NCBI RefSeq assembly: GCF_013315695.1
Contig: NZ_CP054353.1
Strand: one strand, 5' to 3'
DNA: 64,000 nucleotides
Origin: Escherichia coli
GTDB taxonomy: Bacteria > Pseudomonadota > Gammaproteobacteria > Enterobacterales > Enterobacteriaceae
A program made the position numbers and the translations under genes. Of the stretch, positions 14,113-26,294 are shown piece by piece. Numbering within the stretch: the stretch's first letter is position 1; every line of letters begins with the position of its first letter. Under the pieces are notes generated by a model that saw only the letters and a list, made by a program, of their open reading frames with translations, did no database searches and had not been told where the DNA came from.

Positions 14113-14396
14113 TTACATCTTGATAACTCAGTTGAAAATATTATTCAACATACGGCTTTTTTATGGTGAGCTGGCTCACATCTCCCTGACTCTGCGGCAA
14201 TATGGCGTCTTTAGTATCTCCTGCTGAACGCCCTTTTTATCCAGCATAAAATTCCGTTCAGAAGCGGATTAGTGGCACTCTGATAATAAGAAATCGCAAA
14301 GAAAAAAATTCTCCGGCGACGCGGTTTTTAACAGGTGTTCTATGCTTGAAATGAGGTGCTCCACACAGAGAGCGCCGACAACAATGAGGTGCGCGT

Positions 14397-15929
14397 ATGG
14401 CGACGATCGATTCTATGAATAAGGACACCACACGTTTGAGCGATGGACCCGACTGGACGTTCGACCTGCTGGATGTTTATCTGGCAGAGATAGACCGGGT
14501 GGCGAAACTCTACCGGCTGGATACCTACCCGCACCAGATTGAAGTGATAACCTCAGAACAGATGATGGATGCCTACTCCAGCGTCGGCATGCCAATTAAC
14601 TATCCGCACTGGTCATTCGGTAAAAAGTTTATCGAGACTGAACGGCTGTATAAGCACGGTCAGCAAGGACTGGCCTATGAAATCGTCATTAACTCTAACC
14701 CGTGTATCGCTTACCTGATGGAAGAAAACACCATTACCATGCAAGCGCTGGTGATGGCACACGCCTGCTATGGGCATAACTCTTTCTTCAAAAACAATTA
14801 CTTATTCCGTAGCTGGACCGACGCCAGTTCGATTGTCGATTATCTGATTTTTGCCCGTAAATATATTACCGAGTGCGAAGAACGTTATGGCGTTGATGAA
14901 GTAGAACGGCTTCTGGACTCGTGCCACGCGCTGATGAACTACGGCGTGGACCGGTACAAACGCCCGCAAAAAATCTCGCTGCAAGAAGAGAAAGCCCGGC
15001 AGAAAAGTCGCGAAGAGTATCTGCAAAGTCAGGTCAATATGCTCTGGCGTACCCTGCCGAAGCGCGAGGAAGAGAAAACGGTTGCTGAAGCGCGCCGCTA
15101 TCCGTCCGAGCCACAAGAAAACCTGCTCTATTTTATGGAGAAAAATGCGCCACTGCTGGAATCATGGCAGCGTGAAATTCTGCGTATTGTGCGTAAGGTG
15201 AGCCAGTATTTTTATCCGCAAAAACAGACTCAGGTGATGAACGAAGGCTGGGCGACCTTCTGGCACTACACCATCCTTAACCATCTGTATGATGAAGGGA
15301 AAGTAACGGAACGTTTTATGCTGGAGTTTTTGCACAGCCACACCAATGTGGTCTTCCAGCCGCCCTATAACAGCCCGTGGTACAGCGGCATCAACCCGTA
15401 TGCCCTCGGGTTCGCCATGTTCCAGGATATTAAACGGATTTGTCAGTCGCCAACGGAAGAAGACAAATACTGGTTCCCGGATATCGCCGGTTCTGACTGG
15501 CTGGACACATTACATTTTGCGATGCGTGATTTCAAAGATGAGAGCTTTATCAGTCAGTTCCTGTCACCGAAAGTGATGCGTGATTTCCGCTTCTTCACCG
15601 TGCTGGACGACGATCGGCATAATTATCTGGAGATTTCCGCTATTCATAATGAAGAAGGTTATCGGGAGATCCGTAACCGGTTATCGTCGCAATATAATTT
15701 AAGTAATCTGGAGCCGAATATTCAGATCTGGAACGTGGATTTGCGCGGCGACCGTTCGCTGACGCTGCGTTACATTCCACATAATCGCGCACCGCTGGAT
15801 CGGGGGCGCAAAGAAGTACTGAAGCATGTGCATCGCCTGTGGGGATTTGATGTGATGCTGGAACAGCAAAACGAAGACGGCAGCGTCGAGTTGCTGGAAC
15901 GTTGCCCGCCGAGAATGGGAAATCTGTAA
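14397..15929 (+). CDS. ycgB: SpoVR-family protein YcgB
   Basis: 510 aa matching YcgB. Confidence 0.9.
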   Translation: MATIDSMNKDTTRLSDGPDWTFDLLDVYLAEIDRVAKLYRLDTYPHQIEVITSEQMMDAYSSVGMPINYPHWSFGKKFIETERLYKHGQQGLAYEIVINSNPCIAYLMEENTITMQALVMAHACYGHNSFFKNNYLFRSWTDASSIVDYLIFARKYITECEERYGVDEVERLLDSCHALMNYGVDRYKRPQKISLQEEKARQKSREEYLQSQVNMLWRTLPKREEEKTVAEARRYPSEPQENLLYFMEKNAPLLESWQREILRIVRKVSQYFYPQKQTQVMNEGWATFWHYTILNHLYDEGKVTERFMLEFLHSHTNVVFQPPYNSPWYSGINPYALGFAMFQDIKRICQSPTEEDKYWFPDIAGSDWLDTLHFAMRDFKDESFISQFLSPKVMRDFRFFTVLDDDRHNYLEISAIHNEEGYREIRNRLSSQYNLSNLEPNIQIWNVDLRGDRSLTLRYIPHNRAPLDRGRKEVLKHVHRLWGFDVMLEQQNEDGSVELLERCPPRMGNL

Positions 15930-15942
15930 AAACAACAAAAAA

Positions 15943-15969
15943 CCCCTCGTTTGAGGGGTTTGCTTTTTA
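15943..15969. terminator. bidirectional rho-independent terminator between ycgB and fadR
   Basis: cccctc-gttt-gagggg hairpin flanked by A-tract upstream and T-tract downstream. Confidence 0.5.
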
Positions 15970-15980
15970 AACGGAAGGGA

Positions 15981-16700
15981 TTATCGCCCCTGAATGGCTA
16001 AATCACCCGGCAGATTTTTCTGCATCCGGTGCCAAATCTCGCCGCTCTCATGCCCATAGCGACGCACTGTTTCGTATACCTGATCGTGTGCGCCTTCACT
16101 GCACAACGCCGACAGTTTGTGGTAGAAGCCCAGCGCCAGACTGCGCGCTTCCGGATTGGCGAAATAGTGACGACCAATGCGCGTATACAGCCCTTTCATC
16201 CCGTTAAGGATCAGACCGTAAATCGGGTTGCCAGAAGCAAACGCCAGACCGCGGAATATGTTGTAATCCAGCTCGGCAAAGGCATCGGCGTGATCGGCCA
16301 CTTCATTAGCGGTAGCCAGCACTTCCTGCGCTTTATCGGGATGCTGACGAAACGCGGTGCGAATAAAAATAGTGGAAATATTGGTACGCACCGACAGCAA
16401 ATTATCAATAAGCTGCGGCACACTTTCGTGATCCAGTCGCGCCAGCGTTTCAAGGATATTTAAACCGGAGGTTTCCCAGAAATTATTCACCTTCGTCGGC
16501 TTGCCATGTTGAATGGTCAACCAGCCATCTCGTGCCAGACGCTGTAACACTTCACGTAACGTAGTACGCGTTACGCCAATTAATTCTGAAAGTTCACGTT
16601 CTGCGGGCAAAATAGTCCCGGGAGGGAAGCGGTTATTCCAGATACTTTCAATAATGTACTCTTCCGCGAAACCCGCCGGGCTTTGCGCCTTAATGACCAT
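15981..16700 (-). CDS. fadR: fatty acid metabolism regulator (GntR family)
   Basis: 239 aa from [25 protein letters not shown]. Confidence 0.9.
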
Positions 16701-16922
16701 AGTGAGATTTCCATAACACAGCAAAACAAAGTTGGACTCATCATACCAGAGGGCTATCTACGCTGATAGCACACAAAAAGAAGAAAAAAGGGATCAAGGC
16801 TTCATTTTCTACATCTCTTTTCTCCAGACCATCAACACTTGCCTCGATCCCCTCCTGACCGTTAAGCTTTGCGTTCTAAGATAAAAACATCATTGATTAT
16901 TTCTAAGGTAAGGGAAACCATC

Positions 16923-18464
16923 ATGGAGATCTCCTGGGGCCGTGCCCTATGGCGCAACTTTTTGGGCCAGTCCCCCGACTGGTACAAACTCGCCCTCATT
17001 ATTTTCTTAATTCTTAATCCGTTAATTTTCATCATCAGCCCCTTTGTTGCCGGTTGGCTGCTGGTGGCGGAATTTATTTTCACTCTGGCGATGGCCCTCA
17101 AATGCTATCCGCTGCTCCCCGGTGGTCTGTTGGCTATCGAAGCGGTATTCATCGGCATGACCAGCGCGGAACATGTTCGTGAAGAGGTGGCGGCGAATCT
17201 TGAAGTCTTGCTGTTACTGATGTTTATGGTGGCGGGTATCTATTTTATGAAACAGCTGTTGCTGTTCATATTTACCCGTTTGCTGCTAAGCATTCGCTCC
17301 AAAATGCTGCTGTCGCTCTCTTTTTGCATGGCGGCGGCGTTCCTCTCCGCGTTCCTCGATGCCTTAACCGTCGTGGCGGTGGTGATCAGCGTCGCAGTCG
17401 GTTTTTATGGTATTTATCATCGTGTTGCCTCTTCCCGTACCGAAGATACCGACCTGCAAGACGATAGTCATATCGACAAGCATTACAAAGTGGTTCTGGA
17501 ACAGTTCCGTGGCTTTTTGCGCAGCCTGATGATGCATGCAGGTGTCGGCACCGCATTAGGCGGCGTGATGACCATGGTGGGCGAACCACAGAACTTGATC
17601 ATCGCTAAAGCAGCTGGCTGGCATTTTGGCGATTTCTTCCTGCGCATGTCGCCAGTGACCGTTCCGGTTCTGATTTGTGGCCTGTTAACCTGCCTGCTGG
17701 TAGAGAAGCTGCGTTGGTTTGGCTACGGCGAAACGCTGCCGGAGAAAGTCCGCGAAGTACTGCAACAGTTTGACGATCAAAGCCGCCACCAGCGTACCCG
17801 TCAGGATAAAATCCGTCTGATTGTCCAGGCGATTATTGGCGTCTGGCTGGTGACTGCGCTGGCGTTGCATCTGGCGGAAGTTGGCTTGATTGGTTTGTCA
17901 GTCATTATTCTGGCGACATCATTGACCGGTGTCACCGATGAACATGCTATCGGTAAAGCCTTCACCGAATCTCTGCCATTCACCGCACTGTTGACGGTGT
18001 TTTTCTCAGTAGTCGCGGTGATTATCGACCAACAACTGTTTTCGCCGATTATTCAGTTTGTGTTGCAGGCATCGGAACATGCTCAGCTGTCGCTGTTCTA
18101 TATTTTCAACGGTCTGCTGTCATCCATTTCGGATAACGTCTTCGTGGGGACGATTTATATCAACGAAGCGAAAGCGGCAATGGAAAGTGGCGCTATCACG
18201 TTGAAGCAATACGAGCTGCTGGCGGTCGCCATTAATACCGGTACCAATCTGCCCTCTGTCGCTACGCCGAACGGTCAGGCGGCGTTCTTGTTCCTGCTAA
18301 CCTCCGCACTCGCGCCATTGATTCGTCTATCTTATGGTCGCATGGTATGGATGGCTCTTCCCTACACCCTCGTACTAACGGTTGTCGGGTTACTCTGTGT
18401 TGAGTTTACGCTTGCCCCTGTAACCGAATGGTTTATGCAAATGGGCTGGATAGCAACGCTTTGA
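16923..18464 (+). CDS. nhaB: Na+/H+ antiporter NhaB
   Basis: 513 aa from [22 protein letters not shown]. Confidence 0.9.
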   Translation: MEISWGRALWRNFLGQSPDWYKLALIIFLILNPLIFIISPFVAGWLLVAEFIFTLAMALKCYPLLPGGLLAIEAVFIGMTSAEHVREEVAANLEVLLLLMFMVAGIYFMKQLLLFIFTRLLLSIRSKMLLSLSFCMAAAFLSAFLDALTVVAVVISVAVGFYGIYHRVASSRTEDTDLQDDSHIDKHYKVVLEQFRGFLRSLMMHAGVGTALGGVMTMVGEPQNLIIAKAAGWHFGDFFLRMSPVTVPVLICGLLTCLLVEKLRWFGYGETLPEKVREVLQQFDDQSRHQRTRQDKIRLIVQAIIGVWLVTALALHLAEVGLIGLSVIILATSLTGVTDEHAIGKAFTESLPFTALLTVFFSVVAVIIDQQLFSPIIQFVLQASEHAQLSLFYIFNGLLSSISDNVFVGTIYINEAKAAMESGAITLKQYELLAVAINTGTNLPSVATPNGQAAFLFLLTSALAPLIRLSYGRMVWMALPYTLVLTVVGLLCVEFTLAPVTEWFMQMGWIATL

Positions 18465-18609
18465 TAACAACTTACCGGGCATATAAATGCCCGGTTTGCC
18501 TTTTCGCCCGATAATTGTCCAATTGCGTCCTATTTTTGCTGCCTCCTGGTGGCGCAGCGAATGAATTGGTTTAAACTGCGCACTCTATGCATATTGCAGG
18601 GAAATGATT

Positions 18610-19140
18610 ATGTTGCGATTTTTGAACCAATGTTCACAAGGCCGGGGCGCGTGGCTGTTGATGGCGTTTACTGCTCTGGCACTGGAACTGACGGCGCTGT
18701 GGTTCCAGCATGTGATGTTACTGAAACCTTGCGTGCTCTGTATTTATGAACGCTGCGCGTTATTCGGCGTTCTGGGTGCTGCGCTGATTGGCGCGATCGC
18801 CCCGAAAACTCCGCTGCGTTATGTAGCGATGGTTATCTGGTTGTATAGTGCGTTCCGCGGTGTGCAGTTAACTTACGAGCACACCATGCTTCAGCTCTAT
18901 CCTTCGCCGTTTGCGACCTGTGATTTTATGGTTCGTTTCCCGGAATGGCTGCCGCTGGATAAATGGGTGCCGCAAGTGTTTGTCGCCTCTGGCGATTGCG
19001 CCGAGCGTCAGTGGGATTTTTTAGGTCTGGAAATGCCGCAGTGGTTGCTCGGTATTTTTATCGCTTACCTGATTGTCGCGGTGCTGGTGGTGATTTCCCA
19101 GCCGTTTAAAGTGAAAAAACGTGATCTGTTCGGTCGCTAA
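18610..19140 (+). CDS. dsbB: disulfide bond formation protein B
   Basis: 176 aa from [20 protein letters not shown]; Cys pairs CVLC and C..C present. Confidence 0.9.
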   Translation: MLRFLNQCSQGRGAWLLMAFTALALELTALWFQHVMLLKPCVLCIYERCALFGVLGAALIGAIAPKTPLRYVAMVIWLYSAFRGVQLTYEHTMLQLYPSPFATCDFMVRFPEWLPLDKWVPQVFVASGDCAERQWDFLGLEMPQWLLGIFIAYLIVAVLVVISQPFKVKKRDLFGR

Positions 19141-19147
19141 TCCATTC

Positions 19148-19172
19148 AGCGCTCCTGCGGGAGCGCTTTTTT
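19148..19172 (+). terminator. rho-independent terminator after dsbB
   Basis: agcgctcc-tgcg-ggagcgct hairpin followed by TTTTTT. Confidence 0.45.
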
Positions 19173-19185
19173 CCTGCCACTATGT

Positions 19186-20454
19186 TTATTTGACCCGCAG
19201 TAAATCAGAACTTCGCGTTGTATAACGTGGTGAAAGCATGGCACGCTTCATCTGCCATTGTTGCTGGATCCCCTGCCCGGCAAAATAGAGTGTTCCTCTG
19301 CCCTCTTTAGCATTTAGCGTATCCATTACCGCCATCAATTGCTAACTCCCGGGGCGCGGTGCGTTGTCATCGAATAAATTGAGCTGCGCGACTCCCTGAC
19401 TGAAGAAATCTCCCAGCATCACGCCCGCTTTTTGGTAGCGATGGCCCGCTTGCCAGATGGCATCCAGAGATCGCGTAGCGGCGTTAATGATATCCCTGCT
19501 GTCCTGAGTGGGCGTCAGCAGTTTTACCGACGCGCTATTGCCGTAATAAGGTTCATTGAGCGCAAATGGTGACGTCTTAATAAACGTGGAGATAAACCGA
19601 CAATATTGATGCTCGCTGCGAAGTTTTTCCGCCGCCCGGGCAGCGTAACTACAAATGGCCTGCCGCATCGACGTATAATCCGTGATGCGTTCACCAAACG
19701 AACGGGAACAGATAATTTCCTGCTTCGTCGGTGCAAACTCTTCCAGTTGCAAACAGGGTTCGCCGCGCAGTTCACGCACCGTTCTTTCGAGCACGACATT
19801 AAAATGTTTACGGATAAACCGGATATCTGTATCCGCCAAATCGAGAACGGTTTTGATCCCCATCGCATCCAGTTTTTTGCTGATCCGCCGTCCAATCCCC
19901 CAGACTTCATCCACGGGGAGAGCAGACATTAATTTACGCTGGCGTTCCAGATTTGATAAATCCACCACCCCACCCGTCTGCCGCTGCCATTTTTTTGCCG
20001 CATGATTGGCAAGCTTAGCCAGCGTTTTGGTCTGGGCGATCCCCACACCAACAGTAAGATGGGTACATTGTAGCACCGTTGCGCGAATTTCTCTGCCAAA
20101 ATCAGTCAGATCGCGACAATTACGCACACCGGTCAGATCGCAGAATGCCTCATCAATACTGTAAATCTCGACGCGGGGCGATAGTTCTTCCAGCGTCGAC
20201 ATCACCCGATTGCTCATGTCTGCGTAAAGCTCATAATTGCTGCTAAAGCAAACCACGCCACAGCGACGAAACAGATCTTTTTGTTTGAACCAGGGATCGC
20301 CCATTTTAACACCCAGCGCCTTTGCCTCAGCGTTTCGGGCGATAACGCAACCGTCATTATTCGATAGCACAACCACTGGTTTACCCCATAAATCAGGGCG
20401 AAACACCGTCTCACAGCTGGCATAAAACGCGTTTACATCACAGAGGGCAAACAT
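19186..20454 (-). pseudogene. umuC: umuC (DNA polymerase V catalytic subunit) with in-frame premature TAG at 19342-19344; predicted product 370 aa instead of 422
   Basis: ORF 19342..20454 ends ...DDNAPRPGS*; the same frame continues QLMAVMDTLNAKEGRGTLYFAGQGIQQQWQMKRAMLSPRYTTRSSDLLRVK to a stop at 19186-19188. Confidence 0.8.
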
Positions 20455-20873
20455 CAGCGCATCGCCTTAACGACGTGGATCACCACACCAAAGACATCCA
20501 GCGTATCTTCACTACTGATGGTAATGGGCGAGTACGCGCTGTTCATGGGAATAAGCTGTACCGTCGGGCGTAGTTGCAATTTTTTCACCGTAAACTCGCC
20601 GTCAACAGCAGCGATGACAATATCACCATGGCTGGCGGTAATAGCGCTATCGACAATCAGTAAATCACCGTCACTAATTCCACCATCAATCATAGAATCA
20701 CCACTTGCTTTGACGAAGTAAGTCGCGCTGGGATGCTGGATCAACAGTTGATTCAGATCGATGCGCTGTTCAATGTAATCTGCGGCCGGTGAAGGAAAGC
20801 CACACTGAACAAGATCGCTAAATAGCGGAAAAGTCACAATTTCGCGGAGATCCGCAGGCTTGATAAACAACAT
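20454..20873 (-). CDS. umuD: DNA polymerase V accessory subunit UmuD
   Basis: 139 aa, [36 protein letters not shown]; start/stop overlap with umuC (ATGA). Confidence 0.9.
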   Translation of the reverse strand: MLFIKPADLREIVTFPLFSDLVQCGFPSPAADYIEQRIDLNQLLIQHPSATYFVKASGDSMIDGGISDGDLLIVDSAITASHGDIVIAAVDGEFTVKKLQLRPTVQLIPMNSAYSPITISSEDTLDVFGVVIHVVKAMR

Positions 20874-20901
20874 AATAATCTGCCTGAAGTTATACTGTTT
20901 T

Positions 20902-20921
20902 TATACACAGTAGTCTGTTCT
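20902..20921. promoter_or_regulatory. LexA operator (SOS box) of umuDC
   Basis: TACTGTttttatacACAGTA fits CTGT-N8-ACAG, about 30 bp upstream of the umuD start. Confidence 0.6.
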
Positions 20922-21103
20922 TACCAGCAGATCAATACTGATTCAGGCTATCAATATTTGTCGCTGCATAGACTGCTGATTTTTCGTTCTCTTATCCTGT
21001 GCTCACGCGCCTTCTGGCGACGACGCTCATCCAGCAGAAATGAAAAATATCACCCGGCTAAAAAATAGAATAGAAGCATCAGCCATAATGACATTAAACA
21101 TTG

Positions 21104-21119
21104 TTTGATATTTATCATA
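21104..21119. promoter_or_regulatory. FNR/CRP-type site in hlyE promoter
   Basis: TTTGATATTTATCATA (TTGAT-N4-ATCA half sites) upstream of hlyE; recalled as the documented hlyE FNR/CRP site. Confidence 0.5.
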
Positions 21120-21244
21120 TTAATAGAAATAAAGACATTGACGCATCCCGCCCGGCTAACTATGAATTAGATGAAGTAAAATTCTTTAATAGTTGTAAAA
21201 CAGGAGTTTCATTACAATTTATATATTTAAAGAGGCGAATGATT

Positions 21245-22156
21245 ATGACTGAAATCGTTGCAGATAAAACGGTAGAGGTAGTTAAAAACGCAATCGAAAC
21301 CGCAGATGGAGCATTAGATCTTTATAATAAATATCTCGATCAGGTCATCCCCTGGCAGACCTTTGATGAAACCATAAAAGAGTTAAGTCGCTTTAAACAG
21401 GAGTATTCACAGGCAGCCTCCGTTTTAGTTGGCGATATTAAAACCTTACTTATGGATAGCCAGGATAAGTATTTTGAAGCAACCCAAACAGTGTATGAAT
21501 GGTGTGGTGTTGCGACGCAATTGCTCGCAGCGTATATTTTGCTATTTGATGAGTACAATGAGAAGAAAGCATCCGCCCAGAAAGACATTCTCATTAAGGT
21601 ACTGGATGACGGTATCACGAAGCTGAATGAAGCGCAAAAATCCCTGCTGGTAAGCTCACAAAGTTTCAACAACGCTTCCGGGAAACTGCTGGCGTTAGAT
21701 AGCCAGTTAACCAATGATTTTTCAGAAAAAAGCAGCTATTTCCAGTCACAGGTAGATAAAATCAGGAAGGAAGCGTATGCCGGTGCCGCAGCCGGTGTCG
21801 TCGCCGGTCCATTTGGTTTAATCATTTCCTATTCTATTGCTGCGGGCGTAGTTGAAGGGAAACTGATTCCAGAATTGAAGAACAAGTTAAAATCTGTGCA
21901 GAGTTTCTTTACCACCCTGTCTAACACGGTTAAACAAGCGAATAAAGATATCGATGCCGCCAAATTGAAATTAACCACCGAAATAGCCGCCATCGGGGAG
22001 ATAAAAACGGAAACTGAAACAACCAGATTCTACGTTGATTATGATGATTTAATGCTTTCTTTGCTAAAAGAAGCGGCAAAAAAAATGATTAACACCTGTA
22101 ATGAGTATCAGAAAAGACACGGTAAGAAGACACTCTTTGAGGTACCTGAAGTCTGA
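21245..22156 (+). CDS. hlyE: pore-forming hemolysin E / cytolysin A
   Basis: 303 aa from MTEIVADKTVEVVKNAIETADGALDLYNKYL; start chosen inside the longer ORF 21101..22156. Confidence 0.9.
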   Translation: MTEIVADKTVEVVKNAIETADGALDLYNKYLDQVIPWQTFDETIKELSRFKQEYSQAASVLVGDIKTLLMDSQDKYFEATQTVYEWCGVATQLLAAYILLFDEYNEKKASAQKDILIKVLDDGITKLNEAQKSLLVSSQSFNNASGKLLALDSQLTNDFSEKSSYFQSQVDKIRKEAYAGAAAGVVAGPFGLIISYSIAAGVVEGKLIPELKNKLKSVQSFFTTLSNTVKQANKDIDAAKLKLTTEIAAIGEIKTETETTRFYVDYDDLMLSLLKEAAKKMINTCNEYQKRHGKKTLFEVPEV

Positions 22157-22362
22157 TAAGCGATTATTCTCTCCATGTACTCAAGGTATAAAGTTTATCA
22201 CATTTAAAAATACAGACGTTTTTTAAAGATTGAGAGTTACCTGTTGATAATAAGGTATCGGGTAACTCTCATTATGACAGAGCGCTTTCAAAAACAGGGC
22301 TACGAAATGGCGAGTATCCAGACGTATATTAAGAAAGCCCCCATCAACATCTATTAAATTTA

Positions 22363-22824
22363 TCACTGCGCCCAGTCAGGTTTATTTAAGATATGATCCT
22401 GCCAGTCAATCACTTCTGATTCTTTCACTGCGATATGACGCACAGAGATACGTTCGCCATGCATTGCCGCTTTCGAACCAGTAAGCAGCGGATGCCACGC
22501 AGGTAAATCTTTACCTTCCGCCAGCAAGCGATAAGCGCAGGTCATTGGCAGCCATTCGAATGTTGGCAGATTTTCACGGGTTAATTTAATGCAGTCAGGT
22601 TCAAACTCGAAACGACGTTCGTAGTTCCGACATTGACAGGTTTTAATATTGAGCTGGCGACAGGCGACGTTAGTGAAGTAGATTTCGTCGGTGTCTTCAT
22701 CCATCAGTTTATGCAGGCAACACTGACCGCAACCATCACACAACGACTCCCATTCCGCATCGCTCATTTCGTCCAGGGTTTTACTTTGCCAGAAAGGTAC
22801 ATCGCTCATCAGGTGTTCCGCCAT
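22363..22824 (-). CDS. ycgN: UPF0260 family protein YcgN
   Basis: Cys-rich ORF (CDGCGQCC) matching YcgN; start codon uncertain within 15 nt. Confidence 0.75.
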
Positions 22825-22900
22825 TACGTTAAAACGCACCTTATAACCAGTCTGGCACAGCGATGCAAGTTTTGCCGCCGCTTTCAGGCGGCAAAAAGTA

Positions 22901-23560
22901 TTACAAAACGCGAGTTGTCAAAGAATGCCCATCGAAAGTGACTGTCAGCTCATCACCGCTTTGCAACGGGCCGACGCCATCAGGCGTGCCTGTCAGCACA
23001 ACGTCACCGGCCTTGAGGGTAAAGAACTTGCTCATATAAGCGATCAGCGGAACGATTTTATGGATCATGTCCGCAGTCGTACCTTGCTGGCGTTGTTCGC
23101 CGTTTACGCTCAGGCCCAGCGTTGTATTTTGTGGATCGCCGGTAAATTCCGCCGCGGGAATAAACCCGGAAAGCGGACAAGAGTTATCAAACGCTTTAGC
23201 CTTTTCCCACGGCTGCCCGGCTTTCTTCATTTTTCCCTGAACATCACGCAATGTCAGATCAAGCGCCACGCCGTAACCGGCAATGGCTTTGCGGACATGC
23301 TCTTCCGTTGCCTGACGCAGCGTCGCGCCAATCAACACCGCCAGTTCGACTTCATGATGAACTGAACCGAAATCGGATGGGATCGCCAATGGCTGCCGCA
23401 GATCGCACAGTGCCGTTTCTGGTTTAATAAACAGCACTGGCTCTTCGGGCACTGCGCTGCCCATCTCTTTAATATGTTTGGCATAGTTACTACCAACACA
23501 GACTACTTTACTCACCGGATAATCCAGCAGCGCACCTTGCCAGTTGTGATGTTGATACAT
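22901..23560 (-). CDS. ycgM: fumarylacetoacetate hydrolase-family protein
   Basis: 219 aa matching YcgM. Confidence 0.85.
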
Positions 23561-23631
23561 AACGTTCCCCTCACCTTATCGTGGATATGAAAACCCGCGC
23601 CGACAAAGATAATGCCACCGCCGGATATCGG

Positions 23632-23958
23632 TTATTTGTTCGTGTCGTCTGTTTTCTGCCCCATGACGGAAAGATGTTGCTTCAGCAAATCTTCGGGTGG
23701 TGGCGGTAACTGCAAATAGTAACCTTGCTCGGTTAATGCCTGTTTAACCTTTTCAATATCGGCATTGACCAGTTTCTTCCGCCCATCCAGCGGAAGAATC
23801 ATCGCTAACTGAGGCTGACCAAAACCTTTCATCAGTTCCTCAGGAACACGCGAAAAATCGTCTTTTTTTTCGACATATAAATAGGTCTGATCACGCTTGC
23901 TGCTTCGATAAATCACACAAAACATACTTTTACTCTTTAAGATGCCAGGTTTTGGCAT
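23632..23958 (-). CDS. ycgL: YcgL domain protein
   Basis: 108 aa matching YcgL. Confidence 0.8.
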   Translation of the reverse strand: MPKPGILKSKSMFCVIYRSSKRDQTYLYVEKKDDFSRVPEELMKGFGQPQLAMILPLDGRKKLVNADIEKVKQALTEQGYYLQLPPPPEDLLKQHLSVMGQKTDDTNK

Positions 23959-24166
23959 AAGCTAACATCAATGAAACCCGCGCCACAAGCCAGCCAGCTG
24001 TAGATTCCTACGGTTTGTTCAGTCCATGCCCCCTTTATAAGTAATCCCCCCGGCAAAAATGCCGCGCCGGGATTTAACCGAACGCAGGAAAGCCACTGGA
24101 ATTCTCCTGTGATGAATTGTTATATTATAACAGTTCATCGTACTCATTCTGAACAGGAGACTACCA

Positions 24167-24568
24167 ATGAAAATTAAGGGCATTAGTAAGGCTGTATTGT
24201 TGCTTGCACTGCTAACCTCCACGAGCTTTGCTGCGGGTAAGAATGTCAATGTTGAGTTCAGAAAAGGCCATAGCAGCGCTCAGTACTCCGGCGAAATAAA
24301 GGGATACGATTACGATACATATACCTTCTATGCCAAAAAAGGTCAGAAAGTGCATGTGAGTATCTCTAATGAAGGCGCTGATACTTACCTCTTCGGGCCA
24401 GGAATCGATGATTCTGTTGATTTATCCAGATATTCCCCAGAACTCGATAGTCACGGACAATACTCACTCCCTGCTTCTGGCAAATATGAGCTGCGAGTGC
24501 TGCAAACCCGAAACGACGCCCGTAAAAACAAAACTAAAAAATATAACGTCGATATTCAAATTAAGTAA
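24167..24568 (+). CDS. pliG: periplasmic inhibitor of g-type lysozyme
   Basis: 133 aa with signal peptide; matches YcgK/PliG. Confidence 0.8.
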
Positions 24569-24687
24569 ATGTCAACTGACGGGGACTCTCCCCGTCATAA
24601 ACGTTAACGCCCCACTCCTCTCTGTCGCTCAAGAGGTTAATGACGAATAGCAGACAATGCCGAATAGAACATAATGTAAACAAGACA

Positions 24688-25056
24688 TCACTCACGACAC
24701 ATAAATAACATCTTTGTGGTGGTTTGATTGATTTTTCCACTCCGCTTACCATCCACACCAAAATAACGATCATCACGACATAATTTTTCTTTAACATCGC
24801 AAAATACACCGTTAGAGAATGTAAATTCGCTGGGATCGTAACCTTGTACTGATTGTAAGTTTTCAGCGGCTTTTTCGCCGAGATATTTCCTTGTTAACTC
24901 TGGGGAAATGCCATCTGAGTTCACACAAATATACGGGTCGCAAACAACGCCACACGCAGGAGATTGAAGCCCGCCAGCGTCATTTCCAGACGCCATTGAT
25001 GAGAACATCATCCCCACACCTGACAATCCGATATACAAAATACGCATCATATTCAT
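24688..25056 (-). CDS. ycgJ: secreted protein YcgJ
   Basis: 122 aa with signal peptide; matches YcgJ. Confidence 0.75.
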   Translation of the reverse strand: MNMMRILYIGLSGVGMMFSSMASGNDAGGLQSPACGVVCDPYICVNSDGISPELTRKYLGEKAAENLQSVQGYDPSEFTFSNGVFCDVKEKLCRDDRYFGVDGKRSGKINQTTTKMLFMCRE

Positions 25057-25575
25057 AGCACATCCTGATAATCCAACCGTACAACACTTATGCTCATTTC
25101 ATCATCAATCCGTAATCAAAACCGCTGACCTGGACGAGTTACGATGACCTGACAGAAGTATCAGACGTCTTCTGCGGTTTCTATGATAGAGCAATTCTGT
25201 GGCGGATATTAAGATAACGGGTATCTGTTCTTTAATGATGCCGCAAAAAATGGAAAGTTAAGAAAGCCTGGCGTGGTGAAAAAATACACTCGCCTCAATA
25301 CTGGATATTTAAACAGGTCTGAAGATGCTGTTACGATTAGGGTGCGGAAAAAGGAAGCGTAAATAAGAACAATCAAAAGTACGACGGCAATGGGTTGATT
25401 GACAAGGGTATTTTTTAAGCTATGAATCAGCGCCATTTATCACAGAATAGACTTTTACTCTGAATAAATGGGAGGGTGACTTGCCTCAATATAATCCAGA
25501 CTATAACATGCCTTATAGTCTTCGGAACATCATCGCGCGCTGGCGATGATTAATAGCTAATTGAGTAAGGCCAGG

Positions 25576-26271
25576 ATGTCAAACACGCCAATCGAGCTTA
25601 AAGGCAGTAGCTTCACTTTATCTGTGGTTCATCTGCATGAGGCAGAACCTAAGGTTATCCATCAGGCGCTGGAAGACAAAATCGCTCAGGCCCCCGCATT
25701 TTTAAAACATGCCCCCGTTGTACTCAACGTCAGTGCACTGGAAGACCCGGTAAACTGGTCAGCGATGCATAAGGCGGTTTCGGCAACCGGTTTGCGGGTT
25801 ATTGGCGTAAGTGGCTGCAAAGATGCGCAACTTAAAGCCGAAATTGAAAAAATGGGGCTGCCTATCCTGACGGAAGGAAAGGAAAAAGCGCCGCGTCCAG
25901 CTCCCGCACCGCAGGCTCCAGCGCAAAATACAACGCCGGTCACAAAAACGCGTTTAATAGATACCCCGGTGCGTTCCGGTCAGCGTATTTATGCTCCACA
26001 ATGTGATCTGATTGTTACAAGCCACGTTAGCGCTGGGGCCGAATTGATTGCCGATGGTAACATTCATGTCTATGGCATGATGCGCGGTCGTGCGCTGGCA
26101 GGGGCAAGTGGTGACCGGGAAACGCAAATATTTTGTACGAACCTGATGGCGGAACTGGTGTCCATCGCAGGTGAATACTGGCTGAGTGATCAAATCCCAG
26201 CAGAATTTTATGGCAAAGCGGCACGACTGCAGTTAGTTGAAAACGCTTTGACCGTTCAACCGTTAAATTGA
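25576..26271 (+). CDS. minC: septum site-determining protein MinC
   Basis: 231 aa from [20 protein letters not shown]. Confidence 0.9.
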   Translation: MSNTPIELKGSSFTLSVVHLHEAEPKVIHQALEDKIAQAPAFLKHAPVVLNVSALEDPVNWSAMHKAVSATGLRVIGVSGCKDAQLKAEIEKMGLPILTEGKEKAPRPAPAPQAPAQNTTPVTKTRLIDTPVRSGQRIYAPQCDLIVTSHVSAGAELIADGNIHVYGMMRGRALAGASGDRETQIFCTNLMAELVSIAGEYWLSDQIPAEFYGKAARLQLVENALTVQPLN

Positions 26272-26294
26272 TCCCTTTTTAACAAGGAATTTCT

